In this document: one piece after another, positions 12,364 to 25,120 of the stretch | Layout: each line of letters begins with the position of its first letter | Numbering within the stretch: position 1 is the first letter of the stretch | Assembly: GCF_026210795.1 (NCBI RefSeq) | Contig: NC_089436.1 | Location: 930,001 to 994,000, forward strand | DNA length: 64,000 bases | Reading direction: 5' to 3' | Origin: Rhizophagus irregularis | Taxonomy: Eukaryota | Program-made: the position numbers and the translations under genes | Notes under the pieces: model-generated | Seen by the model: the letters and a program-made list of their open reading frames with translations, nothing else | Told to the model about the DNA's origin: nothing | The model's database searches: none

Positions 12364-12621
12364 TACTTCCGATATTAAGCACCGTAATGCTGGCCAGAAA
12401 CAGCATAACATAATCCAAAATTTTTATAATTCTGGCCAGGGCTACTTATTTTCGGGAGTGCTTAATATCGGAAGTAAGCATCCTTAACGTACAGCGGGAT
12501 GAACGTACGAACTGGCCCGAGTTTATAGCGTTAACGTTAACTCCGGCCAGTTCGTACGTTAATATCGTACACCCCCACTGAACACTAACTGTTAAGGAAC
12601 CCCATCGGGAATTATACGGTA
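12364..12621. repeat. Two adjacent small inverted-repeat units (MITE remnants)
   Basis: TACTTCCGATATTAAGCAC / GTGCTTAATATCGGAAGTA (12364-12476, related to the 6918 MITE TIR), followed by a GC-rich hairpin ACGTACGAACTGGCC.GAGTT / AACTCCGGCCAGTTCGTACGT (~12503-12559). Confidence 0.55.
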
Positions 12622-13209
12622 ATTAAAAATGAAATTCTATTGCACTTTTAAAGTATTAAATCTGGATATTTTGGATAAAATATTATGCTAATTTAAACCT
12701 TGCTGACCTTGCACAAATTGAGAATTTACGTTATTTGTACAAGAAACGCCGATATTATTTCATATTTCACAATTGCAAAACTCGTTCTATAACTACCAAT
12801 TTTAATTCTTTGTCCAAATTTCATTAAATATCATTTTATCAATGAGATATCCCTTAAATTGACGTAAACAAATATTATTCTTTAAAAAATCTTGATGTAT
12901 CATAATTAGTCAGCATTATAACTACTAATACCGAGCAAATTTTTTGCGGGGCCCGGTTCAGTATATATCCCGAGCCGGTGCAGAGTAGATAGAATAATCG
13001 AGTACAATATTTATCCGCTAATAAATTATTATATTGTTTTTGTTTCCTAATTTTGGTAATTTGTACAATATCACTAATGTAATTATAAAATTTGGGCAAA
13101 TTGGCAAAATTCTGAATCTAACCTAACGTATATACAGTATTTGATGCATTTTATTACAAATTTCTTATTTACACGTTCCTCTCTCTCTTTTCTGGTGTAA
13201 AATTTCATC

Positions 13210-14346
13210 ATGAGCTTAAATTGTCATTGTTATAGATGTAATATCGTTGACTATTCAGCAAACGCTTACTTTTCATTAAATAATGAAGACGAACAAAATC
13301 TTATTTTACAAATTTGTGTAGGAATTCTTAAAGCTATTCAAGATGAGAAGTTCTCTATAGATATTTCTTATAATGGAAGTTCATTGACACACAAACAAAT
13401 TAATAACATTACTCAAGTTGAAAATTGTATCGATAGAGAATTTAATCAACTTTTTAGAAGTAATAAACTACATAAAAAAATAAATAAACTTCCGATCAGT
13501 ATTTGGAGAATCGAATTTGAATGGACCGATAATGACTTCTTAATCAAGCGGCTTTTAAAAATTTTAAGAGAATGGTTTAATCCTTTTACTAATTATCTTC
13601 AAAAGATAGATAATCAAAAGAGAAATAAATTGGTATCAGATCATTCAAATGACGGAAAATTAAAACAATATCTTATGAATAATTTAAAAAATCATTTTCC
13701 GGGATTTGAATACATAATAGAATATTCTTGGAAATCATGCGATAATAATAATTGTTATGGAGATTTTATTTTCGCTTCAGATTCTGGCATTTTCATTGTA
13801 ATTAAAGCTAAATGGTTAAATGTGAGGCGTGGACCTAATGTAAGAAAGTCAAGAATTTCTAGTAATAAAGAAGATAAAATTCAAGTTTCAGAATATAAAA
13901 GTAAAGTTTCAGAAGAATTTAATGGAAAATTTATCATAGTTCTTGGAGTAATATTTACGAATAATCTTGATGAAAATAATGTTATACTTAAATTTGTTGA
14001 TGATGATGGAATGATTGCAAAACATTTTAAAGAAGTTTATGGATTTTCTTATCCAAAGACAAAATATGAATCATATGATGAATGTCAGATTTTTTTACAA
14101 AATCGTGATAATTTCGAAGATTCTTCTCATAATTATCAAACAGCGGCTTCAACCAGACAAGGTAAGTTTTGTATATCCCTATCCTTGTTTCAAAAATGGA
14201 GATTAATAAATATGCAACTGTTTTTTTTAGTTGATGATCCATCTTATGGGTCTGTCGCCACACGTGCACTTTCTGGTATTGCTGCAATTGTGGCAGCTGG
14301 TTATATGTTTTACCAAACATTCATAAAAAAAAGTGATGGTAAATAA
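13210..14346 (+). CDS. PD-(D/E)XK-like fold protein with C-terminal membrane anchor (paralogue 1)
   Basis: Long ORF with a probable in-frame phase-1 intron 14162-14230 (GTAAGT..TTTTAG). Motif YGDFIFASDSGIFIVIKAKWL. Last exon encodes ALSGIAAIVAAGYMFYQTFIKK. Confidence 0.7.
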   Translation: MSLNCHCYRCNIVDYSANAYFSLNNEDEQNLILQICVGILKAIQDEKFSIDISYNGSSLTHKQINNITQVENCIDREFNQLFRSNKLHKKINKLPISIWRIEFEWTDNDFLIKRLLKILREWFNPFTNYLQKIDNQKRNKLVSDHSNDGKLKQYLMNNLKNHFPGFEYIIEYSWKSCDNNNCYGDFIFASDSGIFIVIKAKWLNVRRGPNVRKSRISSNKEDKIQVSEYKSKVSEEFNGKFIIVLGVIFTNNLDENNVILKFVDDDGMIAKHFKEVYGFSYPKTKYESYDECQIFLQNRDNFEDSSHNYQTAASTRQGKFCISLSLFQKWRLINMQLFFLVDDPSYGSVATRALSGIAAIVAAGYMFYQTFIKKSDGK

Positions 14347-14823
14347 ATCTTATAGTGTTCGAGTAACATAATTTATTTCAAATGATGTATGTTAAAAAAT
14401 AAAATAATAAAATAATATTGAAGTTCTTTACTTATAAGTTATAATATCACAATTATTAGATGATTGGTAAAGATTTGCCCACGTAGTGGTCAAATCAGTA
14501 TGCTAGAATTGGTTATTAATGGTATATTTATCAACGCAACGATATTATCGTGTGACCCATTGCATAGACTTTAGCTTAATTATAGCTTAATTATAGATTT
14601 ATTAACAATTATATTTAATATACGGAGCACGATAATTTATGATAATCTCGTGAATGAATGAATATAACTTGTTTACAACAAGTTCTTGAACGCCCACAAA
14701 ATTTTTTTCATCGTATTTTATTATCCCTTCCTAATTAAAAATGGTACAGCGCTACAGCCAGTGTAACAGTAAATACACTATATTATGCATCAGTAGGTAA
14801 CTTTTCGCTTTTTATATTACAAT

Positions 14824-15736
14824 ATGAATAAAATTTATGATGTTAACGATAATTTACAAAGAAAATCTATTCTAAAAATCTGTTCTCAAATTTTATCTAT
14901 TCCTTTTGCTCAAATAAATTCCTCTATACCTTTGGAGGATGATGGATATTTTAATGAAAACGATGATAGAATATGTCAGGAAGTTTTTCAGAAGAATAAC
15001 GTTAGAGTTGTAAACCGTTATATTTTAAACGATGTACAAAATCGACTTTATACTCGACAACTTTACATTGAATATGATAAAGATACATTGAAAAATATTA
15101 TCCCAATTTGTAAAAGTTGGTTCACACCTCTTATTAGTGATTTGAAGAAAATAGACAAAGAAAAAAGAAATGAATGGACTCAAAACCATGATATAAATAA
15201 TTCAGCAGAAGGATTAAAAAGTTTATTAATCAATAGTCCCATTACGACTATTCCTGGTTTTAATTATCTCATTGATATTCATTGGGACAATGAAGATCGT
15301 AAAAATAGTTTAATATTTGGATCAGATTATGGAATTTATTTAACAGTTGAAACTCAATGGCTTAACATGAATCATGGTCAACGTGCAAAAAGACTTAGAG
15401 ATGATGCTAGAATTGATGTTAAAGAACGAGCACGAAGACTTAAAGAGTTTGCAATTGCGAAATATGGAAATGTTGCGATTAAGATAATTGGTGCTTCTTA
15501 TACGAATGACAATGAAAATGAAAAACTTCAATTTGTAGATAATCAAGATAAAGAGATTGCGAGAATTATCGGACATTTGTATCACGGAGGTAAAAATGTT
15601 CATTTAGGTATTTCGGGTTTTATTTTCTTGATAAAACTAATATTTGAAATTCTTCATTCATTTAGGTATATTTATTATTATATTTGTTGTATTATGTATG
15701 TTGTTGTATTTTTACGCCATTTCAAATATGAAATAA
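14824..15736 (+). CDS. PD-(D/E)XK-like fold protein with C-terminal membrane anchor (paralogue 2)
   Basis: Aligns to paralogue 1 (ILKIC/ILQIC, WFTP..KIDKEKRN/WFNP..KIDNQKRN, PGFNY/PGFEY, LIFGSDYGIYLTVETQWLN, LQFVD/LKFVD). Phase-1 intron 15590-15665; last exon GIFIIIFVVLCMLLYFYAISNMK*. True start may lie upstream (~14741). Confidence 0.7.
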
Positions 15737-16695
15737 AAATGAATTGCTTCCAATTCCTAAATTTCCTTAATTAAAGTAGATTGATAATGTACATATCTAT
15801 CTATTAAATAACAATCAAAATCATCTTCAATAAATAGCGGCACTGAATTTTTTAGCCGAGAATTAATTTTTATTTTATTGTTTTTCATTCTTATATATAT
15901 ATATATTATATATATATATTGTCAAGTTAAAATAATAAGTAATTCAAGATCTTTCTTTTTTTTCAATAGTACTGGGCTACCGGCAAGAGCTTTATCCCGT
16001 TTTTGTAATTCATTAGTATTATGCACAGAAAGATGCCAAATCCACACGTACTTTTTTCAGGATTCTCTAATATCCATTTTGAATTTTATTAAAACAGTTA
16101 AAATTTTAATTGGAGGGTAAATGAGAGAAAAATAAACCTGTCTGATAATTAAATATAATGGCCTATAACATAATCATTGTAAATTCAGTTTGCATCAAAG
16201 CAGAACTTATCTTAAATTACATATCTTTTTATAACGAAAAGATTTTGCAATTTACAAACGTCTTTAATAATTTGAAAATATTCAGCTCACTTTTAATCAT
16301 CAGTTTATGATTACAAATTTTCATATTACCCTATATTTCCGAAATCAAGCACCAGAGATTGAGCATTATTCTGGAAAGATTTTGGCCTACATTATACTGA
16401 TACGCTATTATAGTCATGCAAACATGCTTTTAAAGATTTTTTTTCGATAATTAACCTGCCTTTTATATTATAAGCAAAGTTGCTTCCCAAGTTGAATTAC
16501 ATTTATTTTAAAAATTGTATAAATTTCTGATTCAAATCGATGATTATATCTTTTATTAAAAAAAATTAGATTCATAATGAATTTAAAATATCATCAAAAA
16601 AGATTTTGTTTTATTACATCTTTTTTTGTTCCGCTTCGCCAAAAAAAATATAAATATAAGCACAGCTTCTATAGGGTCTTAGGCCGGGCCCAGTG

Positions 16696-17118
16696 TAGTG
16701 TTGGGCAATTGGACAATTTGATGTTTTGGACACTTGTCCAAAACCAAAACCTTTTTCCATTGGACAGACCACATGACAGTAAAATTAATTTGGGCCAGAT
16801 TTATAACTAATTTTCAGTTAATTTAAAATTTAACAGTACAGGCTTTGCATACAAATTGGCGCCCGCTTCAGCTTTTTCTAAAACTATTACATAAGTAGAA
16901 AGTATATGCCTTGGTCAGCCTCCAGTTTTATGTGGCATGAATAAAGAAAAGAAGGTGTGAATGTAAAAATGTAAAGTGTAAAATAAGAAATGGTCAAAAC
17001 GTATTAACTTTATATTCGGGTTGATCAGATTTCCCAAATTTGGGTTTTGGACAATTTTGGACAGTCCAAAATTGTCCAATTCAAAAAACCAATTGGACAA
17101 GTCCAAAACCCACCACTG
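16696..17118. mobile_element. Possible non-autonomous hAT-like element
   Basis: Ends TAGTGTTGGG / CCCACCACTG with many TTGGACA/TGTCCAA subterminal repeats. No matching TSD found. Confidence 0.4.
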
Positions 17119-18019
17119 TAATAAATTTACAGACAGACTATCTGTCAGTCTGTTAGACTCTCAGAGTTTGTTGGCCTGTGAAAGAGGAAAATTTATACAA
17201 TTATAATAAACAACCCTTCCCAGAAAATTCTCATATAGGTAAGGCTACACTCGATCTCTCAAATTGCCATAATGTGTTATTGAACTGCCATTATACCACC
17301 ATTTCCATTCAGTTTTTTTTTTGCATATAGGGCAGATTCGAGCAAAGTGACTATCATCTGTTCTTTTGAATCATCTACTAGTAAATTAATAACTTCCTTT
17401 TCTTATAAAGAGGAAGGAGCTCTAGACATTTTCAAAATTTGAGATTTGGGTGGTGCCGTGGTGGTACTTACCTGGGATGTGAATAGTACGAGATGTGACC
17501 AATATACTCATCTTTACATCAGGTAATTTTTCGAACTAGAAGAATTGAAAATATTTAACTCAGTTTTCGAAGTCACATGACTGATCGAGGGAACGGTTTC
17601 AATATCTCGAAACTATTGAATTTTAAAAAAATAGCTTATTAGTAAGTGAAATTTTTAATTTAATAATACTATTATCATAGATCAATTGAACTGAATTGAT
17701 ATGAGAATTTTAAGTTGTAGTTAATACTACAGTTTGGTTTTGACTTGGTTAAACTGATGGAATTGATAAGTTGATGGGGTTAAGTCAATAGAAATTACTG
17801 TAATAGTAATAACTCCATAGTTTAACTTAATAGTTCAAATTGACATGCATATGACATTGATTTCGATTTAGAAAGCATTAACAATACTATAATCTTATCA
17901 GATATATCGTATACTTCTAATTATTTTGCAAATATACTGGCCAAATTAGCGTAATTCTAATAAGATATGTTTAATGCTTAATTTCATATTGCAGATAGTA
18001 TATAAAAATGGAAAAATGA

Positions 18020-21000
18020 AAGTGGGTAAATTTGAAAAGTGTTCAAAAAATCTCATATATTGATTCGAATTTTTAAAGATAACGATTGAAAATGAAAATA
18101 ATCACACAAATAATTACCTATGCCTATGAAACATCTATGAATTTTTGTGAGTGAAACATTAAATGAAACGAATTAGTTTTTTTTTGTAAAATGTTCTATA
18201 TAAATCCTTTCTAAAAACGATAACAACTATATACATATATTAATTATAATAATTATTATTACTTTTTACACATATCATAAAATATCATAACCTTATATAT
18301 TCATAAAAAAAAAATGAAGAGGAAACGAAAAAGTTTGAATATAACATATTCGTCGAATTAGATTTTTCCTTTTGCGAAAAATTTCAGGTCGTCATTATGA
18401 CGAAAAATATTAATTAATTCAGGAAAATACAAGTGCCTGCTCGTATAAAAAGCTTGGGGATGGATTTTTTGTTGTCGAAATTTATTTCGTTCTAAATCTG
18501 AGAATTTTTTCTCTTCCGCAATATCAAATTGGTCAGATAGTTCGGATGGATCTGGGTCATCACAAATAGCAGTTACCCAACTTCCTAATAACTCATATAA
18601 TTTAGATGCAGTGGGACGCTTTGAAGGATCAGGATGCCAACATTGTGTCATTAATTGAATATAAACTTTTGGAGTTCCATCAATAATTTCAGGGCGAAGA
18701 CCAAAGCAAATTTCACTAGCTAATCTGAGATCGTGCGGTCTATCGCACCATGGACGAGAACCTGCAGAAAGAGTCCACATGATAATTCCGAAACTATAAA
18801 TATCTGAAGCCTTCGTTGGTGGATTTCCCTTCAAGATTTCGGGAGCAACATAAGGAAGAACTCCAAATATTTCATTGGTATCTCTTTTATCAATTGGACC
18901 ATGTAATCCTACATCTGCAATACGTGTATCGACCGAGTCTGGTTCATTTTCAACCAATAAATTACCTCCATGAAGATGGCCATGAATTAATCCACATTCG
19001 TGAATATTTTCAACACCACCAGATATCCCCCAAAGCATATCTACAATATCTCTCCAACACAGCATTCCTTGTGCTTCATCAAGATATGAATGCAAATCTC
19101 CATTCTCATAATATCTCATGACGAACATGTAATTCGAGGTAGGATCCTTTGTAATGCCAAAACAATCTGCAACACTTCCACTTTGTAGACATCGATGATA
19201 TTTATAAAGCTAAAAAAAAATTTATGTAAATTAAAAATTCAGTGATAATAAAACACTAAAACACTTTAGAAATTATAACTTACTTGTTTAAAATATTCTT
19301 CGCTAATATTTTGCGAATTGTTAAGTCTTTTAAGAGCAACTTTTATAGGTCCATTACGTGTCCATTGTTCAGCATCTTCATCCCACACCCATCTAGGACC
19401 TTCCATCCAAACTGCTGAATAAATAGTGCTAAATGCGCCTCCTTTATTTGTGTTTTCTATGAGATCGAATTGGTCGAAATTAACATATTCCAAGTAATCC
19501 ACACTTTCACTCGCGTGCAACTGTGTGTGTTTAATAAAATTATCCATATTAATATTTCCACTCGTCCAGTTTTTAAAATTATCTTTCAGAGCATTAATTT
19601 CACAATCTTTACACCATCCAACGCTACTTCGTTCCTTCCTACAATCTAAACATTTTCCAAAGTCAATATTCGACTTTGTTTTTGACTCATTCTCAATAAA
19701 ATCCATATAATCTAGATCCCCATTTTGTCGAGAAGACATATTTGACATTCTATAAAAAAAAAAATTTGGTAAGTTACACAAGCCATTAAAAAATTGATTT
19801 ATAAACAAATGGTTTGTTTGTATATTCAATTCACGTCCGCTTCACACTCATATGTATATTTATAGTGAAATATTACTCCTGAGAGGATCTACAGATCTAT
19901 CTGTCCATCTTATGATCTGCATGACCATATGAGTCTATGTTTATTGTAGTTATTGGGTGGAATATTATATCATCCGAGATTGCTTTGCATCTCAGCCCTT
20001 ACCAAATAACTAAAATATACAGTGTACATCGGTGTGTCACCAAATATCACGTGGTGCTGCGAGAGCGGCAAAAGTACAGACTTGACTTAATATCGTATTA
20101 AATATATGAGGGGTTAAGTCAATCACATTTACGTTTTGCACGGAAGTTATTTCCATCACGCAAGATGAAAATACAAACAAACCAATTTTATTTCTTAAAC
20201 ACAACCTTATCGGAAATTAAATGGAAAAACTTACAATTAACAAAAATGTTTAGTTTTTTTTTTTAATGGGAGAGGACAGAGGAGTTCAGCTCTGAGCTTA
20301 ATGGATAATTTTTAGCTACTTTTATATGTTTTTTAAGCCTTCACGGTTAGTGACACATGCAAGTTTAATTAAAATTAATCACGCTGTTGTTTTGTTGATC
20401 ACACGTGCGTAACAAAGATCGATAAATTTCTTCTAAATTTTGTTCCAAAATTTGTCTCTTTAACTTTCCAAAAAAAAAGAAAAAATTTACGTTTAAATAA
20501 TAGTGGTAATGGTATAAGAAATACTTTTGCTGCTTTCAATGTTTTCAATAAAAAAAAAAATTATCAAAAATTTTTTTTTTAAGTTGTAGACTATTAAAAC
20601 GAAATCTGTAGGATTTAAAATCATATATTAATATGATCAGCATCCGTGATAGTGCATTTCATATGAGTGAACCATTCTAGCGAAGGTTGTAATGGGATAA
20701 GTGCTTAAAAATTGTTATGTGCAGGAATCTTCAAACTGTCAAAAAATCATCACCATAGAATTAACTACTTTTTTTAAACAGGTATATAAATTGTATTATT
20801 TTGTGTTACTAACTTTAAAATAAAGCTATCAACTATCACGCGATTACGTCAAAAAATTCTCATGAAATTCACGTGAACTTAACTAATTGGTTATATGAAT
20901 GAACGAATGATATTTTTAAATTGGCACATGCAAAGAAACAAAAATTCTTTTTTCGATATTCATTCTAATTAATTAAATGCAAGAGTTTATTGGTGAAAGA

Positions 21001-21195
21001 ATCATTGTAATAAAATTTAGAACGATAAACAAGATTAATTAACATGTTATAATTGAAAAATTAGATTAGATGATTTTTTGTTTCATGAATGAATACGAAG
21101 GTAACTATTTCTGACAAATATTACATTAAAATTAACGTCATGTCGCGTAATAGAAATTAAGTGATTGGTAAAATATATAATAAATATTTTTCATT
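18020..21195 (-). repeat. Left arm of a ~3.2-kb inverted segmental duplication
   Basis: Reverse complement matches 26933-30145 through the kinase gene, its 3' flank and ~1.4 kb upstream (e.g. 21135-21170 vs 26952-26990; 20270-20345 vs 27838-27910). Limits approximate. Confidence 0.85.
18358..19748 (-). CDS. Tyrosine-kinase-like (TKL) protein kinase homologue, probable pseudokinase (438 aa)
   Basis: Exons 19748-19284 and 19209-18358 (intron GTAAGT..TTTAG). Motifs CxxC..WCxxC, NWTSGN, VALK, HGHLHGGN, ADVG, YVAPE, SDIYSFG, CW..DP..RP. Confidence 0.92.
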
Positions 21196-23875
21196 CATAC
21201 TTTGAATAAATAGGTCAAATAGTTGACCTGTTTATCGTTTCGAATATTTTCGACCTATTAATAGAATCTTTCAAATAATAAACTTTTGTGAAAATTATCT
21301 GAGGACAGCATTTCAACGGAAGAGAATCTTTAATTAGAATCACGATACCGCATATATTGGACAAATTTGATTCATTCTCTTTAAATGCTAGACTTAATAA
21401 AACTCGGTCTTCACATTTTCATACTGAAAACAACGAAATCTGTATTAGATAATCTGTAAAATTATTTAAGGAATACTTAAACTTTAATAAAAAACATTTG
21501 AATCTTTATTTTCATATGACATCAGGCCGAAATAGTCGGAAGATCCGAGCCTTGTTTAACTTATTTATCCGAAGTGTAATCATTAACACATTCTTAATTA
21601 ATAATTGAATTACATAAAAAGTAATGTCTGAACCCTAGAAAAAAACACGTACTCGTACATGGAAAATTGTATTCATTACATGAAACAATTATCTTATTAT
21701 CTTCATTTACAAACACGTTCATTAAATCCTATAATATATTATAGGGCACGCGGATTATCCATTTTAATCTCATGTAAATAAATATTCAAAATAGAGAATT
21801 CGTTGTGAAATTAGTGATTATAAATTTGGATCACATTTTGAACAACGAGATCTCAAACATCTCTTGATATTTTGATACAAGCTTCATATGTTCTTATGTT
21901 AGACAGATGTGCTGTTAATTATAATAAAAAAAGCGGACATTTACGCGAATTTATTAAAAATTATTAAAACAATAAATTTATTTATATTTAATAATTACGT
22001 GATTTTTTAAAAAAAAAACGTATGATGTCATGCATTATCAATCTTTTATACAGACATATCAGATGCAAGTAAATATTATTAATGCTTTTAATGAAATACC
22101 GTAAAGCCCTTCATAAAGCTAAAACAAAATATATGCGTTGTTCCATAAAAATATAAATCGATAAAATTAATCTTATATTTTTATCCAAATTAATTTGTAT
22201 ATGTGTTACTATTTATGGTTATAATGACCTTCCAAAAAAAGTTACACCATAAGAACAAAGAAAAAAATTATTTCTTTGTCTAATAAAGAATTTAAATATG
22301 TAATTAATTTATCAGTAATTAATTATTCATCATTTGACCTACCCATTTCGTTTAACAACACTATAATTAAATTCGAGATTATTCTGATTTCAGCATGTAA
22401 TTTATAGATGTATCATTCAATTAGATAATATTAAATGAGTAAAAAACCAACAATAATAATCAGCTTAATTGTTTTATTTATGGTAAGTTATAATTGGAAA
22501 TCAAAGGAATTTTCTTTTGAATTTTTTGATTCTTTTTTTTCTATATTTGAAAGTCAAATATCAATTGGTATATTATTAATACACCATTCACGTATTGTAC
22601 ATTTTGATTTTGATTCAGCCACATAAGCCGTATGAATAAACAGGCCGGTTAAATAAATTAGCCGTATATTTAATCAAATTAATACTTTTTTGAATAAATG
22701 AATTGTTTTAAAAATTTTCTTACAAATGTTTGGCGCAAAAACGCTATATCAACAGGTGGAATTGCATGACACGAAAATTTGCTTACGTGTACTATACTAT
22801 ATATTATCGAAATCAATAGAATTAATTAATCGATGTGAACGGAAGCAAAGATTTAACAAAGGCTAATAATCGAAATTTACTTTTCTATTTGTCTATTGCA
22901 AAAAAATAAAATAAAATTACACAACATGACTCTAGCGCATTCGGTTGGTGCAATTTATCACTGTAACCACGGGACATTTGTGTCACAATTCGAGACGTAT
23001 GTATACTGTATATATATTCTGATTTAGTGAAATTACATCATTGAAGCTATTATCAGTAAATTTGCTAAATAGTCACAAAAAAAATACATATTGACGTATT
23101 GGTGTCGCAAATAATTTTCGCATCCGTAAAGGGCTCTTGATAGTTTCACTTCCATCCCGATTTTTAAAATTTCTTTGCAAGTTTATTATATAATAATTTT
23201 AAATATTAATATTTACTATTTTTTTGAACAATATTTATTAAGCAGAGAATAATCATTTAAAAAATAATAATAATATGTATATAATTATGCTGTCAAAAAA
23301 TGTCAACAATCAAAATTTTGACACCATTATACTTCGATGTATCTCGATGTAACGATTGTAACGTTATATTATTATTAGGTTTCACAAAATAAACCATACT
23401 GTACATATTCGATAATTAGTATGCAGCTATGCAACATAAAAGTTTTTGTCGCTCTTGTCAATTTATTACAATTAAAGAACTAGTTTTTTTAATTCAAGTT
23501 TCATCAAGAAATCCTTCATATTTTTTTTAAATTCATATATAGCAAAAGTGTCCTATTTTCTGCGGCACAATCACTATAAATAAATAGATCGACATTAATT
23601 AAAATACTAATGCATAAAATAATTAAAAAATCGGAGTTATTATGAATTCTGTTTGTTAATTATAAATTAATTTTTTTGGAAGTTCATTGAACATGTAAAC
23701 ATTATAAATAGTCCATATAAGCCTCACAAGACATGTAAACCCTGTCAAGAGGCAACACTATGATTTTAATGCAAAACAAAAAATCATTTATTTTTCTCCA
23801 CATTTTATTATTGACTTTTTAGAATATTATATCGTATTTTGTCATTTTATATCTCGCATTATACTTTGTGTTACA

Positions 23876-25120
23876 ATGCAAAAGTATTCTCCTGCTGCGA
23901 TTACATATATTTCATTAAATATTATAAATTTGTCTTTGTCAACATTCATTATTATTAAATTATGTATATCACCTAATTATTTCACAAAATATACTCAGTT
24001 CCAATTATTTATAGCATCGTGGGGATATACGATAGGATGTTTACTAACTATAATAAAATATGGCGATGACATCATCAATAAATCGTTCGAGACTCATCAA
24101 ATTTCTATTTGTGTGATTCAACAGATGATTTCTCTATTCTTCTTTTATCCTTTACATATATTCCCTGTCATATTAGGATTTTATATTTGGAACACAATTG
24201 AAAATCAAAACATAAAAATAGAAAAAAAGTTTTTTTGGCCATTTTCAATTCTTATTTGGTGTTTTACAATTTGCTATAATGTATTTTCGTTAGCTGACGG
24301 ATACCAAAAAGACATCCGTGTTACACCCTTGCTTTGTAAACCTCCGAATTCTAACCTACATAAAATAATTTACCTAATAATAATTTCCCCACTATTTTGC
24401 ATAGCATTAATATTTATTTGTAAGAATTTTCTTGTTTATTTATTTATTTAATAATTCTTTATATTCTAACTAAATTTGACAAACAACTCTTTTTTTTTTA
24501 CCAAATATAGACTTCACTGCAATAATATTATGGAAACGTTGGCAGCAATATTCGATAAGGAAAAATAGATGGAATGCACTTAGATTAGGCCATGTGCTTT
24601 GTCTATTCATCTGTGACGTTATTTACACGATTTTACTTGGTACATCTTTATTATCAAGAATTATGTCTCAATATATAAAAAAATCGGAAAACCCCGAAGT
24701 AAACAAAATTGTTATTGAAGATTTCGTTCAACCTTTCATGTACGAATTTTATTTAATCTTAATAATTCTCTTAGTTATTTTTCTCAGATCCAGTAAATTA
24801 ACAATTTTCCTTGCATTTTTTTTTTATAAACTACATACAGAGGAATTATATTATTTTTAATATTCGTCAAAAAGGATTCTCCGACAGTTCTGTTACCTTG
24901 TTTTTATTATGATAGTCCTAAAAAATTATTGATTCAATCGGAATATAGAGATGATAATTTCTTATATGCAAGATCTTCAATTATTTCTTCTTCCAGCGAA
25001 ATCAATCAAATATCAATTACAGTACAACAAGTTACAACAATTACGTCACATACCACACTAGAAATATCATCTATGGACACAACAAATAAAAACACAAATG
25101 AAATTAGAGGAATTGAATGA
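23876..25120 (+). CDS. Seven-transmembrane GPCR-like protein (350 aa, 3 exons)
   Basis: Exons 23876-24419, 24511-24739 and 24841-25120 join in frame (1053 nt). Seven hydrophobic segments, Cys at the start of TM3 (ICVIQQ) and in loop 2 (LLCKP), basic third loop, Ser/Thr-rich tail. Confidence 0.75.

Noticed and set aside
18816..19710. Plus-strand ORFs opposite the kinase (also 28517-28702, 37028-37963, 48507-48725, 50709-50987)
   Set aside because: Antisense shadows of real coding regions.
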